IMG/VR virus record: IMGVR_UViG_2932604667_000002
Span: 17,261-81,260 of that record
Direction: 5' to 3' (one strand)
DNA: 64,000 nucleotides
Source: a virus
Taxonomy: Duplodnaviria; Heunggongvirae; Uroviricota; Caudoviricetes
Positions 43,968-53,216 of this stretch are shown here, in pieces. Position numbers and translations under genes: made by a program. Below the pieces are notes generated by a model. It saw nothing but the letters and a program-made list of their open reading frames with translations. It was not told the origin of the DNA and ran no database searches. Position 1 is the stretch's first letter, and every line of letters starts with the position of its first letter.

Positions 43968-44419
43968 CTGACGACACCTCGGTGGTCGACCCGACCACCG
44001 ACCTGCCGGGGGAGCAGCCCCCGCCGCAGGACACCCCGGAGCAGGAGGACGCCCCCCAGGCTCCTCCCGCCAAGACGACGAGTAACCCGCTGCGCCTGTG
44101 GTGGGACCTCGCCGTCGAGAACTGGCGGAACCGCGCGACCAAGGACCTCGGGTTCTGGGGCGTGCAGCCGCCGTCCCTCGGCAGCCTGGTCCGCTACTAC
44201 ACCTCCGACGTGTGGGTGCCGAAGACGGCGTTCCCGATCGTCGATGGGATCTTCCGCTGGGGCGGCCGCCTGTACGGCTTCACGTTCGGCCTGCTCGGCA
44301 CCCTGGCGGCGCGGGCTCTGGAGTGGACGACCAACCGGCCGACTCACTTCTTCGCCGCCCTGGCGGTCTTCTTGATCGTCAAGGCGAACCTCACGACCTT
44401 CTTCGGTCAGGCGGGCTAG
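43964..44419 (+). CDS. membrane protein (151 aa), Spd-like
   Basis: acidic N-terminus, C-terminal TM helices. Confidence 0.5.
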   Translation: MTDDTSVVDPTTDLPGEQPPPQDTPEQEDAPQAPPAKTTSNPLRLWWDLAVENWRNRATKDLGFWGVQPPSLGSLVRYYTSDVWVPKTAFPIVDGIFRWGGRLYGFTFGLLGTLAARALEWTTNRPTHFFAALAVFLIVKANLTTFFGQAG

Positions 44420-44421
44420 CC

Positions 44422-44568
44422 ATGAGGAAGCGCGCCCTGACCAGCATCACCGCGATCATCCTCGCCCTGGCGGCCTTCGCCACGCGGGGCCACACGATCT
44501 CCATCTTCCTCTGCGCGGCCGCGATCTTCGTGGTCGTCCACCACACCTTCTTCGGAAAGGAGGGTTAA
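44422..44568 (+). CDS. small TM protein (48 aa)
   Basis: ATG right after upstream stop; hydrophobic. Confidence 0.4.
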   Translation: MRKRALTSITAIILALAAFATRGHTISIFLCAAAIFVVVHHTFFGKEG

Positions 44569-44570
44569 CC

Positions 44571-44987
44571 ATGACGCCATTCACCGCAGGCTGCCTCGCC
44601 ATTGGGCTGGCCGCCGTCCTGATGTGGCAGGGGCAGCGGATCCGCAAGCTGCCCGCCGACAAGCGGCAGGTCATCCAGCTCATCCTGATGCTGATCGGTG
44701 GCGCCGGCCTGGTCGGCACGATCTTCACCAACTGGGTCACCCGGATGAACTTCAAGTTCGGTGACCTCAACTCGCACACTGTCCAGCTCGTCACCGCCGG
44801 AGTGCTCCTCCTGCTGCTGATCATCGACTTCTGCGACGGTCACGGGATCAAGAAGCGGAGCTACGTCTTCGCGATCCTGACCCCGGCCCTGCTCGCCGGC
44901 GGCACCGGCGCGGTGGGCAGCCAGATCGTCGAGCTGCTCAACGCCGCCAACGGCGCGTTCGGCTCCGTCGCCAGCACGGTCCTGTAA
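44571..44987 (+). CDS. integral membrane protein (138 aa)
   Basis: AAGGAGGG SD; 4 TM. Confidence 0.55.
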   Translation: MTPFTAGCLAIGLAAVLMWQGQRIRKLPADKRQVIQLILMLIGGAGLVGTIFTNWVTRMNFKFGDLNSHTVQLVTAGVLLLLLIIDFCDGHGIKKRSYVFAILTPALLAGGTGAVGSQIVELLNAANGAFGSVASTVL

Positions 44988-45000
44988 GGGGTGACTACAG

Positions 45001-46218
45001 ATGCTCCTCCTGGCACTGGCCACCGCCTGGCTCATCATGCGGACCCTGCGCGAGATGGGCTACACCTTCGACGACGTGGCCAGCATCCCCAAGCGGATCA
45101 AGGGGGAGGACGTCGACCCGGGTGAGCCCAAGCTCACCTGGGAGACGGTCAAGGAGCGGCGCCACAGCGGCCAGTGGGACTGGCCGCTGTGGCTCGGTTC
45201 CTGGCTGATCGCCGGTCCCACCCGAGCAGGACACGCCCGCTACAAGGCGCGCAAGGCGGCACGGGAGGCCAAGGCCGCCGAGGAGGCCGCTGGCGCCGAG
45301 CAGGCCCAGCCCACCTCCGAGCAGACCGAGAAGCCCCCGACCGCCGCCGACGCCCCGAAGCAGCCGGAAGACGAGACCGGAGCCGACGGCAAGCAGCGGC
45401 GCTGGTGGAAGAAGGAGACCCCCGAGGCCGACCGGCCGGCGGGGGAGTCGTCTCCTGAGCCGCCGCTCGCTGGTGTCGGCGAGTGGGAGGTGGCCCGCGA
45501 GGGCTGGACCCCTGGCCCTGACGTCCCGGCCCACAACCCTGACGACGACATCGTCGACGCCGAAATCGTGCCTCCCCGCGCGATCACTGAAGGAGAAGAC
45601 CCTATGGCCAACGACCTTGCTGCCCCGCAGACTCCGGCTCCGCCCGTACCTGGCCCGCCTCCCGGTCCGGCTCCTGCTCCGCTGCCTGGCCCGGCTCCGA
45701 CCCCGCTGCCGACGCCCGTGACCGCGGCCAGCCCGATCCAGCCGGGCCTGCCCGCGGGCACCGTCGTGTTCGGCATTTGTGATGACTCCGGCAAGGAGAT
45801 CGGGGTTGTCACCAACGACGGCCAGGTCAAGTACCACAACCCGGCCGACGAGCCCGGCGCTGGGCAGGTCCCCTCGACCACTCCCCAGGCTGCCGTGGCC
45901 GCCAGTGTGCCCGCTCAGCGCAGGGGAGGTGAGCTTGCTTTGGACTCCGTCCGCGCGATCGACGACCGCCTCGTACAGGTCCTGTCGGCCTGTGATGCAG
46001 CGGTCATGAACCTGATCGAGCAGCTCCACGGTGAGGGCATCACCGGGTCGATCTCCACCAGCTACATGGCGGTCCTGGAGGGCCTCTCCGCCACGCTCGG
46101 GCTGCGGCAGGGGGCTCGCCAGGAGCTGGAGCGGCACAGCAATCCGATCCAGGAGGCCGTCACCTCCGCGACGCCGAGCAACGTCGCGAACAACACCAGC
46201 TTCTACCAGCACCAGTAA
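45001..46218 (+). CDS. membrane-anchored proline-rich protein (405 aa), Spd-like
   Basis: N-terminal TM, PAPxP repeats. Confidence 0.5.
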   Translation: MLLLALATAWLIMRTLREMGYTFDDVASIPKRIKGEDVDPGEPKLTWETVKERRHSGQWDWPLWLGSWLIAGPTRAGHARYKARKAAREAKAAEEAAGAEQAQPTSEQTEKPPTAADAPKQPEDETGADGKQRRWWKKETPEADRPAGESSPEPPLAGVGEWEVAREGWTPGPDVPAHNPDDDIVDAEIVPPRAITEGEDPMANDLAAPQTPAPPVPGPPPGPAPAPLPGPAPTPLPTPVTAASPIQPGLPAGTVVFGICDDSGKEIGVVTNDGQVKYHNPADEPGAGQVPSTTPQAAVAASVPAQRRGGELALDSVRAIDDRLVQVLSACDAAVMNLIEQLHGEGITGSISTSYMAVLEGLSATLGLRQGARQELERHSNPIQEAVTSATPSNVANNTSFYQHQ

Positions 46219-46236
46219 CTCCGGAAGGAGGAGGTC

Positions 46237-48357
46237 ATGAGCACGAACCGCTCCACCCCCCGGCCGCCCGTGGCCTCCACGGCGCCGCAGACCGGCGCAC
46301 GTCTTGGGGCTCCAACCGCACCGCCGGCGAACCTGCCGGCGGTGCCGCCCGGCCACACCCTGGTTCCCAAGGAGCCAGCCGGGCCGACGGTCGGCGGCGA
46401 GCTCCAGCGTGCGGCCAAGAAGGTCGGCTACCGGATTCGTTACGGTGCCGCCCCTCTCATGACGATGGGCGGCCTGTGGGGCGCCACCGCCTGGGCGACC
46501 ACGCAGGCCGGTATGGGGCCGGTCACGGTCGGCGCGGGCACGGTCGCCCTGGCCGCCGCGCCGCTCATCAAGAAGAAGCTCCGCCTGGCCGTCCGCAAGG
46601 CGCTGTGCACGATGCGGCGCAAGGTCTGGGCAGGTGGCGCGCTGACTGCGGCCACCACCTGGACGATGGCGGCCGCGGAGGTCGGCGTCGGGTTCGACAC
46701 GCTGATGCCGGCGGCGCTGGTCGTCGGCGGGTCGGTGATCTCGATCCCGTTCTGGTGGAGGTACCGCAACCAGATCCCCGCGGCTCCGCTCAAGGCCGTC
46801 GAACCTCCGCCGGCGCAGCCCGCGCTGCCTGCTCCCGAGCCGCCGCGTGAGCTGCCGCCTGCGCCGCATGAGGACCAGATCGAGTGGGACGAGTTCGTCG
46901 GCTGCTCTGGCGGCGCCCTCCCCGGGACGTGCCTGCTGGACCGTGAGGAGCTGTTCGACCTGGACGGCAACCCCAACGGGTCCGCCTGGACGATCAAGCT
47001 GGTGCGGGGCAAGCAGACCACGATGTCGGCCATCGCGCAGAGCGAGAACATCCAGTCGGCCTACGACACGACGGGCGGCCTGCTGTACGTCGAGCGGCAC
47101 CCGTCGGGCAAGCAGTCGCTGGCTCGGCTGGTCAAGATGACGCGCAACCCGCTGTCGACCGAGTCGATCATCTACAAGGGTCCGCGGCTCGACCTCAAGA
47201 CCGGCATCGCGCCGATCTCGCTGTACCCCGACGGGTCCGGATACGCCTACTACCGGTTCTGGGAGCCCAAGTCTGGAAGCTGCCACACCCTGGTGTCGGG
47301 CACCACCGGCGCCGGCAAGTCCGGCGTGCTGACGTGGATCATCACGGAGGCCGCCGAGTCCGGTGTGGTCGCGACCTGGCTGCTGGACCCGCAGCACGGC
47401 ATCTCGGTGCCCGCGTGGGTCAAGCACGTCGACCGGGCCGCCCTGGAGATGGAGGAGATCAAGGCGTACCTGTACGCGGCGGCCGCCGTTCTGGAGGCGC
47501 GCGGGCGCTACCAGAAGACGCTGCGCTGGTACGACGCGGAGATCGACGAGTGGTGCGAGGGCAAGGGCTTCTTCGAGCCCACGCCGGAGTACCCGCTGCT
47601 CATGGTCGTCATCGACGAGGCCCACAAGGTCCTCCTCGACCAGGAGTGCGTGAACCTGGTGGCCTACCTCGCCAAGGAAGGCCGCAAGGTCGGCATCAAG
47701 ATCGTGCTTGCGACGCAGGTGCCGTCGGTGACCGAGCTCGGTGGCAACGTCGTCATCCGCGACCAGGTCGCCAGCGGAAACATCATCGTCCTTCGGACCG
47801 CCAACAGGTTGTCCGGACAGATGGCGTACTCCGGCTCGCTGCCGATCGACCCGGGCGCGATCCCGAAGGTGTTCGAGGGGACCACCATCCCCACCAAGGG
47901 ACTGGGGTATGTCCTGTCCGCGACCGAGCGGCCGGTGCCCTCGCGGGTGCTGTACGTGCGGGACGCGGTCAAGCGGGCCAGGGCGGTGGACGTCAAGCGG
48001 CTGGACGCGATGAGCGAGCAGGCCGCCGCGGCGATCCTCGAGCAGATGCTGGGCGCTCCGCGGGCCGCTGGTGCTGCCCCTGGCCAGCCCGTGGCGCCGG
48101 TGGTGCCGCTGCATGTGGTGCCGGTCCAGGGTGGCGACGACACCCGGGCCACTGCCAAGCACGCGGTCCTGGACTACATGCGACGGGTCGGCAGGCCCGT
48201 GCCGGCCGGTGAGTTCAACGACAACCTCGAATACAGCCCGGCGCAGATCCACAAGGCCCTGAACGCACTGAAGGACACGAAGCAGATCCGGCAGGGCGGA
48301 TGGGGTCAGCCGTACGAACTCGCCGACTCCGTGGCCGGGGTCGGCGCCGCCCAGTGA
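46237..48357 (+). CDS. traB: FtsK/SpoIIIE-family DNA translocase (TraB-like)
   Basis: TM N-domain; Walker A GTTGAGKSGV; Walker B LMVVIDEAHK. Confidence 0.8.
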   Translation: MSTNRSTPRPPVASTAPQTGARLGAPTAPPANLPAVPPGHTLVPKEPAGPTVGGELQRAAKKVGYRIRYGAAPLMTMGGLWGATAWATTQAGMGPVTVGAGTVALAAAPLIKKKLRLAVRKALCTMRRKVWAGGALTAATTWTMAAAEVGVGFDTLMPAALVVGGSVISIPFWWRYRNQIPAAPLKAVEPPPAQPALPAPEPPRELPPAPHEDQIEWDEFVGCSGGALPGTCLLDREELFDLDGNPNGSAWTIKLVRGKQTTMSAIAQSENIQSAYDTTGGLLYVERHPSGKQSLARLVKMTRNPLSTESIIYKGPRLDLKTGIAPISLYPDGSGYAYYRFWEPKSGSCHTLVSGTTGAGKSGVLTWIITEAAESGVVATWLLDPQHGISVPAWVKHVDRAALEMEEIKAYLYAAAAVLEARGRYQKTLRWYDAEIDEWCEGKGFFEPTPEYPLLMVVIDEAHKVLLDQECVNLVAYLAKEGRKVGIKIVLATQVPSVTELGGNVVIRDQVASGNIIVLRTANRLSGQMAYSGSLPIDPGAIPKVFEGTTIPTKGLGYVLSATERPVPSRVLYVRDAVKRARAVDVKRLDAMSEQAAAAILEQMLGAPRAAGAAPGQPVAPVVPLHVVPVQGGDDTRATAKHAVLDYMRRVGRPVPAGEFNDNLEYSPAQIHKALNALKDTKQIRQGGWGQPYELADSVAGVGAAQ

Positions 48358-48537
48358 TTACGGGCCGTGGTCAATCTCTCGCGAGATATCTCCACGGCCC
48401 CCACTCCCTCCACTTGGAGTCTCAGGCGGTCGTACGCGCGGGCGCGACGCGCACGCGCGCGCGAAGTTAGCACAAGAGATCGAGACATTGAGACATTCAC
48501 GACCACTACAGCGAGTAACGGAAGGACTGTGATCGAA

Positions 48538-49620
48538 ATGGCTAGGAAGCAGAGCAAAAGGACCGCGGTGATCCTGCTTGTCGGAGCAGGTATCGGCACG
48601 ATCACCTTGAACGTCTGGCACGCCGTGGAGAAGCTGACTGCCCTGCACAAGGCGGGCGAGACACTGGAGGCCAAGGACTACCTGGGCATTGCCGCGTTGG
48701 CGCTGATCGCTGGCGTTTTGCCGGTCTTCCTGGCCGGATTCATGTCGGAGCTGGCCGACTCGCACCCGAAGGGGCGAGGCAAGGCCGTGTGGCTCGTCAT
48801 GGGCATGGCGATGGCCCTGTCCATCCAGGCCCAGGCCGAGATGCTTGAGCCAATCTTCGGGGAGTTGGTGGAGGGCAAGCCACTGCTCAGCCTGCGGTGG
48901 CTCTTCCCACTCATGTGCGACATCGCCGTGATGAAGTCTCTTCAGGTGCTCCTGGCTCCCGACGACGACACGGCGGAGAACGCCGCCAGCGGGGTCACCA
49001 CCCCGGCTCTGGTGACGTACGTCAACCGCCCCGACGGCCTCACCGGGGGGACCGCTCCTGCCGCCGGGGGAGCCTCACTCACCCCTCACCCGGGCGGCTT
49101 ACCCGGCTCACCGGGGACCCTCACCGGGCAGGGATCCGCCCCTCACCGGAACCTCACCGACCCTCACCCGGTGAGCCCTTCCAGTGAGGCACCGCAGAAC
49201 CCCGCCGCCCCCTCACCGAACACCCCTCACCCGCCCCTCACTGGGGAGGGAAACCAGGGCGGCGGTGAGGCCCCGACCGGCCCCGCACCCAAGCCCCAGG
49301 CGGAAGTTCCGGCCCCCCGGCAGCCGAAGAAGCCCGCGACCAGAAAGCCCCAGAGCAAGAAGGTCCGGAGCGCCACGGAGACGGACCCCGACCGGATCGA
49401 CATCATGGCCCTGCACGGCCCTGACCTGGTCCGACAGATCAACGCCGACCTGGCCACGGGCAAGCTGGAGCGCCTCTCCGGAGCGCAGATCCGCATGCGT
49501 TACGGCCCCCTCGGCAGCGACAACGCCTCAATCGTCTTGGCCCGATACAACGAGGCGAACGAGCGCCTGGCCGCCCCCAGTGAGGACGTCACCGGCGACC
49601 TCACCGAGCGGGTCGGGTGA
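48538..49620 (+). CDS. membrane protein with Pro/His-rich repetitive C-terminal half (Spd-like)
   Basis: GGAAGGA SD; C-terminal half is encoded by the CCTCACCG repeat array. Confidence 0.45.
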   Translation: MARKQSKRTAVILLVGAGIGTITLNVWHAVEKLTALHKAGETLEAKDYLGIAALALIAGVLPVFLAGFMSELADSHPKGRGKAVWLVMGMAMALSIQAQAEMLEPIFGELVEGKPLLSLRWLFPLMCDIAVMKSLQVLLAPDDDTAENAASGVTTPALVTYVNRPDGLTGGTAPAAGGASLTPHPGGLPGSPGTLTGQGSAPHRNLTDPHPVSPSSEAPQNPAAPSPNTPHPPLTGEGNQGGGEAPTGPAPKPQAEVPAPRQPKKPATRKPQSKKVRSATETDPDRIDIMALHGPDLVRQINADLATGKLERLSGAQIRMRYGPLGSDNASIVLARYNEANERLAAPSEDVTGDLTERVG

Positions 49621-49930
49621 CCCTCACCCACCCCCTCACCGAACCTCACCGGTGACCCTCACCCGAGCCTCACCGGTGAGGTGCCCAGTGAGCCTCTACC
49701 ACCCTCACCGGTGAGGCTCGCCGGGTGCCTCACCGAGACACCGCCCCAAGACCAAACGCCCTCACCGAGCAGCATCAGCGGACCTCACCCAGCGCCTGCC
49801 GGGACCACCCCCGCGAGCCGCTCCAGTGAGCACCCTCGCCCCTCACCGAGTGACGGCCCGACGGCGGCCGCCCTCACCGCGAAACCTCACCGACTCGACA
49901 TCACCGGAGGAGACCCCAGTGACTCTCACC
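49060..49930. repeat. array of >20 direct and inverted CCTCACCG octamers (clt-like)
   Basis: CCTCACCG / CGGTGAGG repeated through 3' half of 48538 gene, intergenic region and start of next gene; directly downstream of traB. Confidence 0.55.
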
Positions 49931-50623
49931 ACCACGCCCACCCCGCTCACCGCCGCGGCGCTCGGCGCGCTCAGCGGCGACGGCAACATCCTCGTCGCCG
50001 GGCCGCCCCAGTCGGGCAAGACCTCGCTCCTGGCGGCGCTGGTCGAGTCCTACCGCCAGGAGGCGCGCGTGTACGTGCTCGGCGCCTTCAAGGGGTTCGA
50101 CACCTACCGCGCCGCGGTCGACGGCCGCCGCGTGGGCCTCGGCGGTTTCGACGACAAGAACCTCTCGCAGTGGCTCGACGACCCCACGGAGGCGCTGGGT
50201 CCCTACGACGGCATCGGCGAGGTCATCAAGAGCCGGATGCTCTACGTCCACCTCTGCCACGAGCCCATCGTCGTCGTCTGGGACAACCTCAACGTGTTCC
50301 ACCACGGTGGCGACCTCGACAAGCTGGTCGCCCTGTCGCGCCGGATCAACGTCAAGGTGATCGCCGCCATCACCACGCCGATCTCGCCGATGGCGATCTA
50401 CAACACCACGACGGCGCAGATGGCCACCCGGGTCCTCCTCGCGCCGCACCGAGAGAAGGAGCACCGGACGGCCGACCTGTTCCCCTGGTACGAGCTCACG
50501 CACCAGCCGTGCCCGCGGTCGTGGGAGATGCCGCGCACCCCGGGGACGGCGCTCATCACGCCCGACGCCACCGGCGAGGCCCCGCTCCTGTACACCCTCG
50601 CTGGCCCGAAGGGCGCCCACTGA
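49919..50623 (+). CDS. P-loop NTPase (234 aa, GTG)
   Basis: GPPQSGKTS Walker A, VVVWDNL Walker B; GGAGGAG SD. Confidence 0.5.
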   Translation: MTLTTTPTPLTAAALGALSGDGNILVAGPPQSGKTSLLAALVESYRQEARVYVLGAFKGFDTYRAAVDGRRVGLGGFDDKNLSQWLDDPTEALGPYDGIGEVIKSRMLYVHLCHEPIVVVWDNLNVFHHGGDLDKLVALSRRINVKVIAAITTPISPMAIYNTTTAQMATRVLLAPHREKEHRTADLFPWYELTHQPCPRSWEMPRTPGTALITPDATGEAPLLYTLAGPKGAH

Positions 50624-50691
50624 CCCCCGGCCAACCGTCCAGGACCGACCCCGGCGCACGCCGGAACCCCCGTAGAAGGGACAACACCCCG

Positions 50692-50922
50692 ATGTCCGAT
50701 GTCCGAGTGGCGATCGTCTTCGACCCCGACGACGGCCCCGAGCAGACCCTGTACGCCTACCTGCCCCCGAAGGACTTGGACGCGCTGGCGGCCGAGGTCG
50801 GCAAGCCGGAGAGGGCTGAGGAGGTCCTGGTGATCGACGCCGCTCTCCAGCCCAGCGGGCCGTACCTGCAGCGTGTCTTCCGCTGGGGCCGGATCAAGAG
50901 CATCAAGCGCGCCACCTCTTGA
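50692..50922 (+). CDS. hypothetical protein (76 aa)
   Basis: AAGGGA SD. Confidence 0.5.
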   Translation: MSDVRVAIVFDPDDGPEQTLYAYLPPKDLDALAAEVGKPERAEEVLVIDAALQPSGPYLQRVFRWGRIKSIKRATS

Positions 50923-50984
50923 CCCTCCAGTCGCCGGCCGCCGGGACTCACGTCCTGGCGGCCGGCCCCCACCAAGGAGAACCG

Positions 50985-51215
50985 ATGTCCAGCGAGAGCA
51001 ACAGCAACGACGTCCCCATCCACCGCCGGTCCTGGAAGTCCTACACCGAGGGCTATGACATCTACTGCGCCAGCTCGTGGGTGCAGGTCGGCAACCTCGG
51101 CCAGTGGGTCTGCGGCAACTGCCAGAAAACCACCACGGACCCGCTGTCTCCGCACCAGCCCGACACGCTCGCCGACTGCAGGGAGTGCGGCCGGACCAAC
51201 CGCATCTCCCTCTGA
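50985..51215 (+). CDS. zinc-ribbon protein (76 aa)
   Basis: CGNC...CRECG; AAGGAGA SD. Confidence 0.5.
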   Translation: MSSESNSNDVPIHRRSWKSYTEGYDIYCASSWVQVGNLGQWVCGNCQKTTTDPLSPHQPDTLADCRECGRTNRISL

Positions 51216-51236
51216 CCCGCCCCGAGGAGGAACCCC

Positions 51237-51359
51237 GTGGATGTCACCTGCCCGTGCGGCAACAGCACGCAGTGGAAGAACGTCCGCCTTGAAGACAGCA
51301 CCGCAAGCGTCACCTGCGCCGTCTGCGACACCGTCCATGTCACCGAGGTCGAGTGGTAG
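51237..51359 (+). CDS. mini zinc-ribbon protein (40 aa, GTG)
   Basis: CPCG...CAVC; GAGGAGG SD. Confidence 0.4.
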   Translation: MDVTCPCGNSTQWKNVRLEDSTASVTCAVCDTVHVTEVEW

Positions 51360-51409
51360 CAGGCGAGCCTACATAAGGCCCATCAATCCCCGAAGGAGAT
51401 CACCACCAG

Positions 51410-51690
51410 TGAGCATCGCGAACACAACCACGCCCCGCCCGTCCGTCTCCGTCCCCGCCTGCAACGTCGGCGCCCTCCGCAACGCCCTCGCCGGGCTTCC
51501 CGACGACATGCGGATCGTCCTCATGACCACCGACGCCGACGAGGGGACCAGCTACGCCGACCTGTACATGGCTGAGGTCGCCACCTACGTGGAGGAGCCG
51601 GACGACAAGGGCGCGCGGTACATCCCCGAGGTCCGCGACCTCGGGGACGAGGACGACGCCGAGACGGTGCTCTTCCTGATCCCGTGCTGA
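51410..51690 (+). CDS. hypothetical acidic protein (93 aa, GTG)
   Basis: GAAGGAGA SD. Confidence 0.45.
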
Positions 51691-51817
51691 CCACCAGTCC
51701 GACCGGCAGCCACGACTGACAGGCCAGCCATAACGCCCCACTTCCTCAACCTCCTCGGGGGTCTCACCGGACGCCGGCGAGACCCCCGATCCACGACCTG
51801 CCCACCCCGGAGGAACC

Positions 51818-52462
51818 ATGCTCACGATCGACGCCACGCCCACGCCGTACCAGATCCCGGCCACCGTGCCGCTCAACACGCTGATCGCCGACCAGTGCGG
51901 CTGCCGCGCCGGCCGCCTCCTGGCGGCCTACCTCGACGTCCTGGCCGCCCAGGGCTGCCAGGTCCAGGTCCTGACCCCGTCAGAGTCGTCCGCAATGAAG
52001 GAGCACGCCCCCAAGGGGACCTTCGTGGCCGTGGGCGACCCGAAAGAGGACCTGAAGGACCTTCTCGCCGACGTCTTCCCCGAGCGCCGCGCACACGAGC
52101 CGTCCGCGCCGCTGGTGGTGCTGTGGGAGGACGCTCACGTCTACCCGAACAAGCTGCTCCTGGCTCTCGTGGCCCGCCAAGCGGCAGCGTCCAAGGTGAG
52201 CCTGATCGTGTCCATGGCGAACATGCTCGACACGAACGTCATCGACAACGAGACACGGGACTTCTTCAGGGGACGGATCCTGTTCGAGCCGTGGAACCTC
52301 GACCGGTCCAGGCTCTGCGGAGTCGTGCCGCGTTTCTGGAACATGCCGGAGGAGGAGATCCCACACCCAGCTTCCCTGTGGTCCGGCGACGACCAGGCGG
52401 CGCTGATGGTGCAGCCGTACAACGACACCCCGCGGATGGTCACCTTCCCCCAGATCGGCTGA
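51818..52462 (+). CDS. hypothetical protein (214 aa)
   Basis: GGAGGAA SD; followed by terminator 52478-52514. Confidence 0.55.
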   Translation: MLTIDATPTPYQIPATVPLNTLIADQCGCRAGRLLAAYLDVLAAQGCQVQVLTPSESSAMKEHAPKGTFVAVGDPKEDLKDLLADVFPERRAHEPSAPLVVLWEDAHVYPNKLLLALVARQAAASKVSLIVSMANMLDTNVIDNETRDFFRGRILFEPWNLDRSRLCGVVPRFWNMPEEEIPHPASLWSGDDQAALMVQPYNDTPRMVTFPQIG

Positions 52463-52477
52463 CCTCCTGGACGTGCA

Positions 52478-52514
52478 GAGAGGCCCTCGCCCATCTCTCG
52501 GGCGGGGGCCTCTC
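52478..52514 (+). terminator. hairpin after 51818..52462
   Basis: GAGAGGCCC...GGGCCTCTC. Confidence 0.45.
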
Positions 52515-52519
52515 TCATG

Positions 52520-52575
52520 CTCGCGAAGGATAGATAGATGAAATGAAAAGATAGATAGAGAGATAGATTCTCGAT
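52520..52575. repeat. AT-rich (GATA)n-like microsatellite island
   Basis: GGATAGATAGATG...AAGATAGATAGAGAGATAGATT between convergent genes. Confidence 0.45.
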
Positions 52576-52576
52576 C

Positions 52577-53143
52577 TCACACCGCGTACGGCAGCCCGTC
52601 GAGCGGGGCGAGGTAACAGGGGTTGACCGGGTCCAGCCGTACCCGTCGGCCCGAGGCCAGGACCAGGGGGACCTGGGTCGGGTCTGTGGCCGCCGTCAGC
52701 TTCCCGGGGACGCCCTGGGGGACGAGGAGCCCGCGCGTGACGGCCTGGCCGCCCTGGGGGTCGTTGTAGCCGTGATGCTCAATCCAGCCATGACAGCCGC
52801 GGGTTCCATGGCCGCAGGAGATGACCAGGTTGGCCAGAGAGTTGATCGCCGGGTTCGTAGTGCCGCCCATCCGCCGGCCGGAGCGGTGGTGCAGCGACAC
52901 CAGGTCGCGGGGGAGTACCGCGAGCAGACCGCCGGGGGTGAGGCAGTCGGGGGAGCGGACCTCGCACAGGCCGCCGGAACGGGTGAGCAGGAGCAGCATC
53001 AGGAGGTCCCACTCTTCCCGCGACAGCTCGGCGCGGGGGAACGGGGCGAGCACGCGCCAGGGCTGGCCACAGGCGCAGATGTTGTCATCGCCCGGGTGGG
53101 ACAGGTAGGCCAGGCCGCAGGCCGGGCACAGGCTTCGAGCCAT
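52577..53143 (-). CDS. HNH endonuclease (188 aa)
   Basis: LHHRSGRRMGG..N..N..C..CH; N-terminal CxxC...CxC; GGAGAC SD; hairpin variant 53168 upstream. Confidence 0.6.
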   Translation of the reverse strand: MARSLCPACGLAYLSHPGDDNICACGQPWRVLAPFPRAELSREEWDLLMLLLLTRSGGLCEVRSPDCLTPGGLLAVLPRDLVSLHHRSGRRMGGTTNPAINSLANLVISCGHGTRGCHGWIEHHGYNDPQGGQAVTRGLLVPQGVPGKLTAATDPTQVPLVLASGRRVRLDPVNPCYLAPLDGLPYAV

Positions 53144-53167
53144 CGTCGTCTCCAAAAAAGAGGTAGG

Positions 53168-53216
53168 CCCCAGGTCGCTCTCCCGGGGCCTACCGGTCTG
53201 TGGGGTCTTAGGTCGC
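53168..53216 (-). promoter_or_regulatory. leader hairpin variant (stem CCCCAGG/CCCGGGG) plus TAGGTCGCG box
   Basis: CCCCAGG-TCGCTCT-CCCGGGG then CTACCGGTCT and TTAGGTCGCG; upstream of HNH gene. Confidence 0.45.
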
